Assembly (NCBI GenBank): GCA_043228905.1 | Contig: JBHGNT010000011.1 | Location: 6,758,001 to 6,822,000 of the forward strand | From: Azolla caroliniana | Taxonomy: Eukaryota > Plantae > Polypodiophyta | Direction of reading: 5' to 3' | DNA: 64,000 nt | Shown here: positions 59,647-64,000 of the stretch, piece by piece | How the letters are laid out: each line of letters opens with the position of its first letter | How positions within the stretch are numbered: the first letter of the stretch is position 1 | Program-made: the position numbers and the translations under genes | The notes under the pieces: generated by a model | Databases searched by the model: none | Seen by the model: the letters and a program-made list of their open reading frames with translations, nothing else | What the model was told of the DNA's origin: nothing

Positions 59647-62600
59647 TGACACTATCCCCCCTTTAAAACGACGAGTGTCACGAGTCGTCTTGGATTGAGG
59701 ACCCGGTTTGTGTGGATATTGACGATGGAAGTCTTCAAGAAGAGCACGAGCATTGGTTACATTCTCGATCGGTTCCCAAGTACGTTCGCTGGGACTATAG
59801 CCTAGCCAATCGACTAGATAGTAGAGCTTGTTGCGAACAATCTTGGAATCAAGAATGGCGGCAACCTCGTACTCCGGCCCATCTTCAAGCTCGATCGGGG
59901 GTGGAGGTTGGATAAGACGTTCTGGGATGGTGCTCTCGTGGTAGGGTTCGAAGAGAGAACTATGAAACACCGGATGTATCCGAAGTTGAGGAGGTAGATC
60001 GAGACGAAAAGCAACATCATTAATCTTTCCAATAATATGGAAAGGACCTAATCGCCGATAATCCAACTTGTCACATGGGCGAGTAGTCTTGATGTGTCGT
60101 CGTAGCAACCACACTCGATCTCCAATATTAAAACTAGATGGAAGTCGATGACGATCCGCGTAGACCTTGTGTGTTTGTTGTGCTTGCTGGAGATGAGTAG
60201 ATAAATCCGCTTGTATCTTGCGTAACCACTCCAAACGATCCTCCGCGCACGGATTTGTGGACACCTCTGGGGTTTCAAGTACACTCCACCGGGGGTGACA
60301 TCCCGTATAAGCATAAAATGGCGTAACTTTAGTGGATGCGTGGATAGAGTTGTTATAGGCAAATTCGGCGAAGTGGAGAATATCTGCCCAGTCGTCCTGA
60401 TGATAGCTGAGAAAGCACCGCAGATACTGCTCCAACGTTTGATTTGTTCTTTCAGCTTGGCCATCAGTTTGTGGGTGGTAGCCGGAAGAGAGGTTACAAG
60501 TGACCTTGAGCATGTTAAAAAGGTGCTTCCAGAATTTTGACACGAACTGGGGTCCACAGTCGCTGATGATACTATCGGGGAGGGGAGTCCATGATGCCGA
60601 CATACTTCACGCATGACAATTTCGGCAGTGTCTTCACTGGAGATCTCCTTAGTAAATGGCAAGAAATGAGCCATCTTCGTATATCGATCGACCACCGTTA
60701 GAATCGCATTGAACCCCTTAGAGACTGGAAGATCTGTGATGAAGTCTAGAGCAATGGATTGCCACGGCTTGCTTGGAATTGATAATGGTTCTAATAAACC
60801 ATATGGATGATGCCTTGGCATTTTCGCTCTGCAACATGTATCACAAGTCCGAACAAAATCCTCGACAAATTGTCGCATACAGGGCCACCAAAATGATCGT
60901 TGTACTAAATGTAATGTTTTAGTACTACCAAAATGCCCAGCTGTATATGTGTCATGACAGTTTTGTACTACTCGAAGGCGGCAAGAACCATTAGGAACAT
61001 ACAAAAGTTCTTTAAAGAAGAGTAATCCATCATGGTATTTGAATTGCCGATAGTCCGTACCTGGTGGTTGCGACTGTGAACACGACGCTCGAGAGGGATC
61101 AATTTGTGCTAGTATAGCTTGGGCGAACGCATCTGTCTTCAAGTCTTCACGTATGGTATCGATAACGCGGGAATCCATAGGCATGTCAAAGATTTGTGTT
61201 GCTTGTAATCGTGTCGGTCCCAAGATGACTTGTTTTTGGTTATCGAAAGCTGGCTCGCCGGGATGGGGTGCTAGATACGAACGCCGTGATAATGCATCTG
61301 CCTTCCCTTGGTGCCTCCCCGGACGATATGTAATTTTGAAGTCGAAACGCGTGAGGAAGTGGGCCCACCGAGCTTGACGTCGATTCAACACACGAGCATC
61401 CTGAAAGTAGGCAAGATTCTTGTGGTCACTAAATACGGTGACTGGATGAGAGGATCCCTCCAGAAAATGCCTCCATTGCATAAAAGAATCCACTATTGCC
61501 AATAGCTCCTTATCATGGATTTCGTAGTTGATTTCGGCGGCATCAAACTTGCGTGAGTGAAAAGCCACAGGATGTAGCTTTTCATCATTCCCCTGTTGTG
61601 ACAGAATGCTCCCCAATGCAAAATCCGATGCGTCAGCTTCGATAATGAATGGTTTCTCCGGATCGACATGAGCTAGAATTGGAGCCGATGTAAATGCTGT
61701 TTTAAGACTCTCGAAAGCCATGTCCGTTTCTTCAGACCAGGTGAACGGTTGTCCCTTCCTGGTAAGTTGTGTGAGAGGTAGAACGATCTTTGAGTAATCC
61801 TGTATGAACTTCCGGTAAAAATTGGCAAAGCCTAAGAAGCATTGCACATCCCGTACCGAACGCGGAGTCTGCCATTCTACCACCGTTCTGACCTTAGCTG
61901 GGTCCATGGAGATGCCTTCTGACGAAATGATGTAGCCGAGAAATTCCACTTGGTTGCACCCGAAACTACATTTTTCTAGCTTTGCATACAGACCATGTTC
62001 TCGAAGTCGTTTTAGTACTAATAGTACATGAGAATCATGTTCTTCTTGGGTCTTTGAATAAACCAGTAGATCATCCAAATAGATGATCAAACAATCATCC
62101 AATAGATCTCGGAATATATCATTAGCCATGTGCTGGAAGACTGCCGGCGCATTAGTGAGGCCGAACGGCATGACAGTATACTCGAAGTGCCCATATCTGG
62201 TGCGAAACGCGGTCTTCCATTCGTCTCCTGGTCGGATCCGTACGAGGTTATATGCTCCCCGTAAGTCGATCTTCGTGAAGAACCTGGCACCATTGATCCG
62301 TTCTAAAAGACTTGAGATAAGGGGAAGAGCATACCTATTCCTGATTGTAACCTTATTCAAGCCACGGTAATCTACAACGAGACGAAGCGATCCATCTTTT
62401 TTCTTGACGAAGAAAATGGGCGCACCGGCTGGAGATTTCGAATGCCGAATGAAACCATTTTCCAAATTCTCCTCTATATAGGCCCGAAGGACTTCCAGCT
62501 CGGTTGGTGACAAATTGTAGATCGGTCCCCATGGCGGCTCTTTTCCCGGTTGTAAATCGATGGGGCAATCGTACGGTCGATGATGAGGAAGTGTGTTGGC

Positions 62601-63240
62601 TTGTACTTTATCGAACACATCGGTGTAATGGCGATACTTCTCGGGAAGTTGAACGGTGGATTCTTCTTTAGTGGTGTTGGAGGGGTTTACTGATATTGCA
62701 AAGAGGAACATTTCCTCCTTGTGCCCTTCTTTACGCAACTGACGTAGCGAAATGGTTGCCATCTTCTGAGTTGACCCTTGGGTTTGTCGACACCGGATTT
62801 CTCTTGTTCTCCAATCTATGTCAGGGTTATGTAACTCAAACCACGGTAGTCCTAAAACTATAGGATGTTCTGGGATACTAATAACATTAAATGATACTAC
62901 ACATACTAAGTTATCTAGGACAATATTAATGGGCTCTGACTCTTCTAGGATATTTCCGGAAGCAATGGGACGTCCATCAATGACTACTACAGAGGCTGGA
63001 CACTGGAGTTTTCTTAGGGATATCTTATGAGCTTGAGCAAATTTCTTATCCATAAAGCAAGAGTTAGCTCCGGAATCTAGGAGTGCTAGGACATGTACTG
63101 GAGGGGTACTTTTAGTACTAACTATTACTTGGGCTACGAACACATCACTAACTTGCTTAGAGGGAATGGAACCACTAATGGGCTGCACAGATCTAGGGCT
63201 GTCCAACCAAACGGCTCCTATTTTGGCTGGACTTAGTCGT
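59644..63240 (-). CDS. pol: Element K Pol (PR-RT-RH-INT-chromodomain), one frameshift at ~60580
   Basis: LLDSGANS, YLDD, EADASD, HHCC/DDE, PEYEVAAILDSKIVRNKLYYLVDWLGYSPSERTWEP. Confidence 0.9.
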
Positions 63241-64000
63241 TTAACTCTTCTTCTAACTGACTAAGGACATCAAATTTGTTTGCTAGATCTGGGATATTAG
63301 TACTATTAGGACTATCAGATATCCCTACTGAAATAGGTTCGGATTTAGTACAATTAGAACTAGCGACTATTTGGTTTACCTGTCTTCTTGGCCTATGGGG
63401 GCAATTTATTGCGATATGTCCTGGTCCACCGCAGTAAAGACATAGTCGATTTGTACGGCGTCGCTGCTTTTCTTCTTCGGATAATGGCCCTCGACGACGT
63501 GTAGTGTCAATCTCCATCGGAGTCGGAGTATTCGCTGGAGACGCATTATATGACTCCCTCGGAAAAGGTCTTGCTACCACTGAGGCGTAGGTGGGCTCTG
63601 ATCTTGCCCTCGGCATCTGTAGCTGTCGTTCCGAACGTCGCTCAAAGAGGCGGTTGTCACATCTCACCGCGCGACTGATTGCTTCTGTTAAGGACTTTGG
63701 CTCTTCGGGGAAGGTCAAGAGTAAATCCTTGACGTCGTTGCGTAAACCATAACGGAATTGCTCCATCAACGCTTGATCATCCCAAGGGATATCGGCGGCG
63801 AGTAGGCGAAAATCTGCAGCGTATGCGGAGGCTGGACGGTCACCTTGGCGTAATCGCCGGATTTTGTTGATTGCGGTCCTGATGCTGTCAGTATCTCCGA
63901 AACATGCTTTAAACTCACCTAGAAACTCTTCAAAATTGTTGAGTAACGGAGATTCCTTTTCTAATAGTGGAGCGAACCATGACAACGCTGAGCCACTTAA
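63233..64000 (-). CDS. gag: Element K Gag (C-terminal part)
   Basis: WFAPLLE..LRQG..CLYCGGPGHIAINC; highly similar to I Gag. Confidence 0.92.
   Translation of the reverse strand, partial: LSGSALSWFAPLLEKESPLLNNFEEFLGEFKACFGDTDSIRTAINKIRRLRQGDRPASAYAADFRLLAADIPWDDQALMEQFRYGLRNDVKDLLLTFPEEPKSLTEAISRAVRCDNRLFERRSERQLQMPRARSEPTYASVVARPFPRESYNASPANTPTPMEIDTTRRRGPLSEEEKQRRRTNRLCLYCGGPGHIAINCPHRPRRQVNQIVASSNCTKSEPISVGISDSPNSTNIPDLANKFDVLSQLEEELND

Larger units (their letters stand above)
59210..64000 (-). mobile_element. Element K: Tcn1-like chromovirus (continues beyond the window); 3' LTR 59210-59651
   Basis: LTR tgtcagg..atgaca, PPT aaaggggggatag, gag and pol colinear with I. Confidence 0.95.

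Overview
Gene-free eukaryotic heterochromatin-type DNA, most likely from a non-seed land plant (inferred from plant-type tRNA-Asp/Trp/iMet sequences and Tcn1-like and Phygy-like Ty3/gypsy elements). The backbone is a ~354-bp tandem satellite in which every monomer carries a degenerate tRNA-Asp(GTC) gene (roughly 30-35 full or partial copies). The array is on the minus strand at ~1.5-5.3 kb and on the plus strand from 23 kb on. It has been invaded by at least 13 nested LTR retrotransposons or remnants. Labels used here: Ty1/copia C, E, solo-LTR F and two RT fragments; a related Ty3/gypsy group (autonomous-type B and J, pol-less A and D, solo-LTR M; tRNA-Trp PBS seen in A, B, D); a non-chromo gypsy G; and Tcn1-like chromoviruses I, H and K. 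No host protein-coding gene was found. Most notable: (1) the tRNA-Asp satellite itself; (2) antisense tRNA-like A-box/B-box cassettes with tRNA spacing in the U3 of four LTR families from two gypsy lineages; (3) CpG-centred 4-bp target sites for the Trp-primed group and clustering of insertions inside the tRNA part of the satellite; (4) a chromovirus LTR combining heat-shock elements, Tf1-type self-priming and a conserved -1 frameshift structure; (5) pol-less elements encoding Gag fused to a long low-complexity tail. All alignments were done by eye; family names are provisional.
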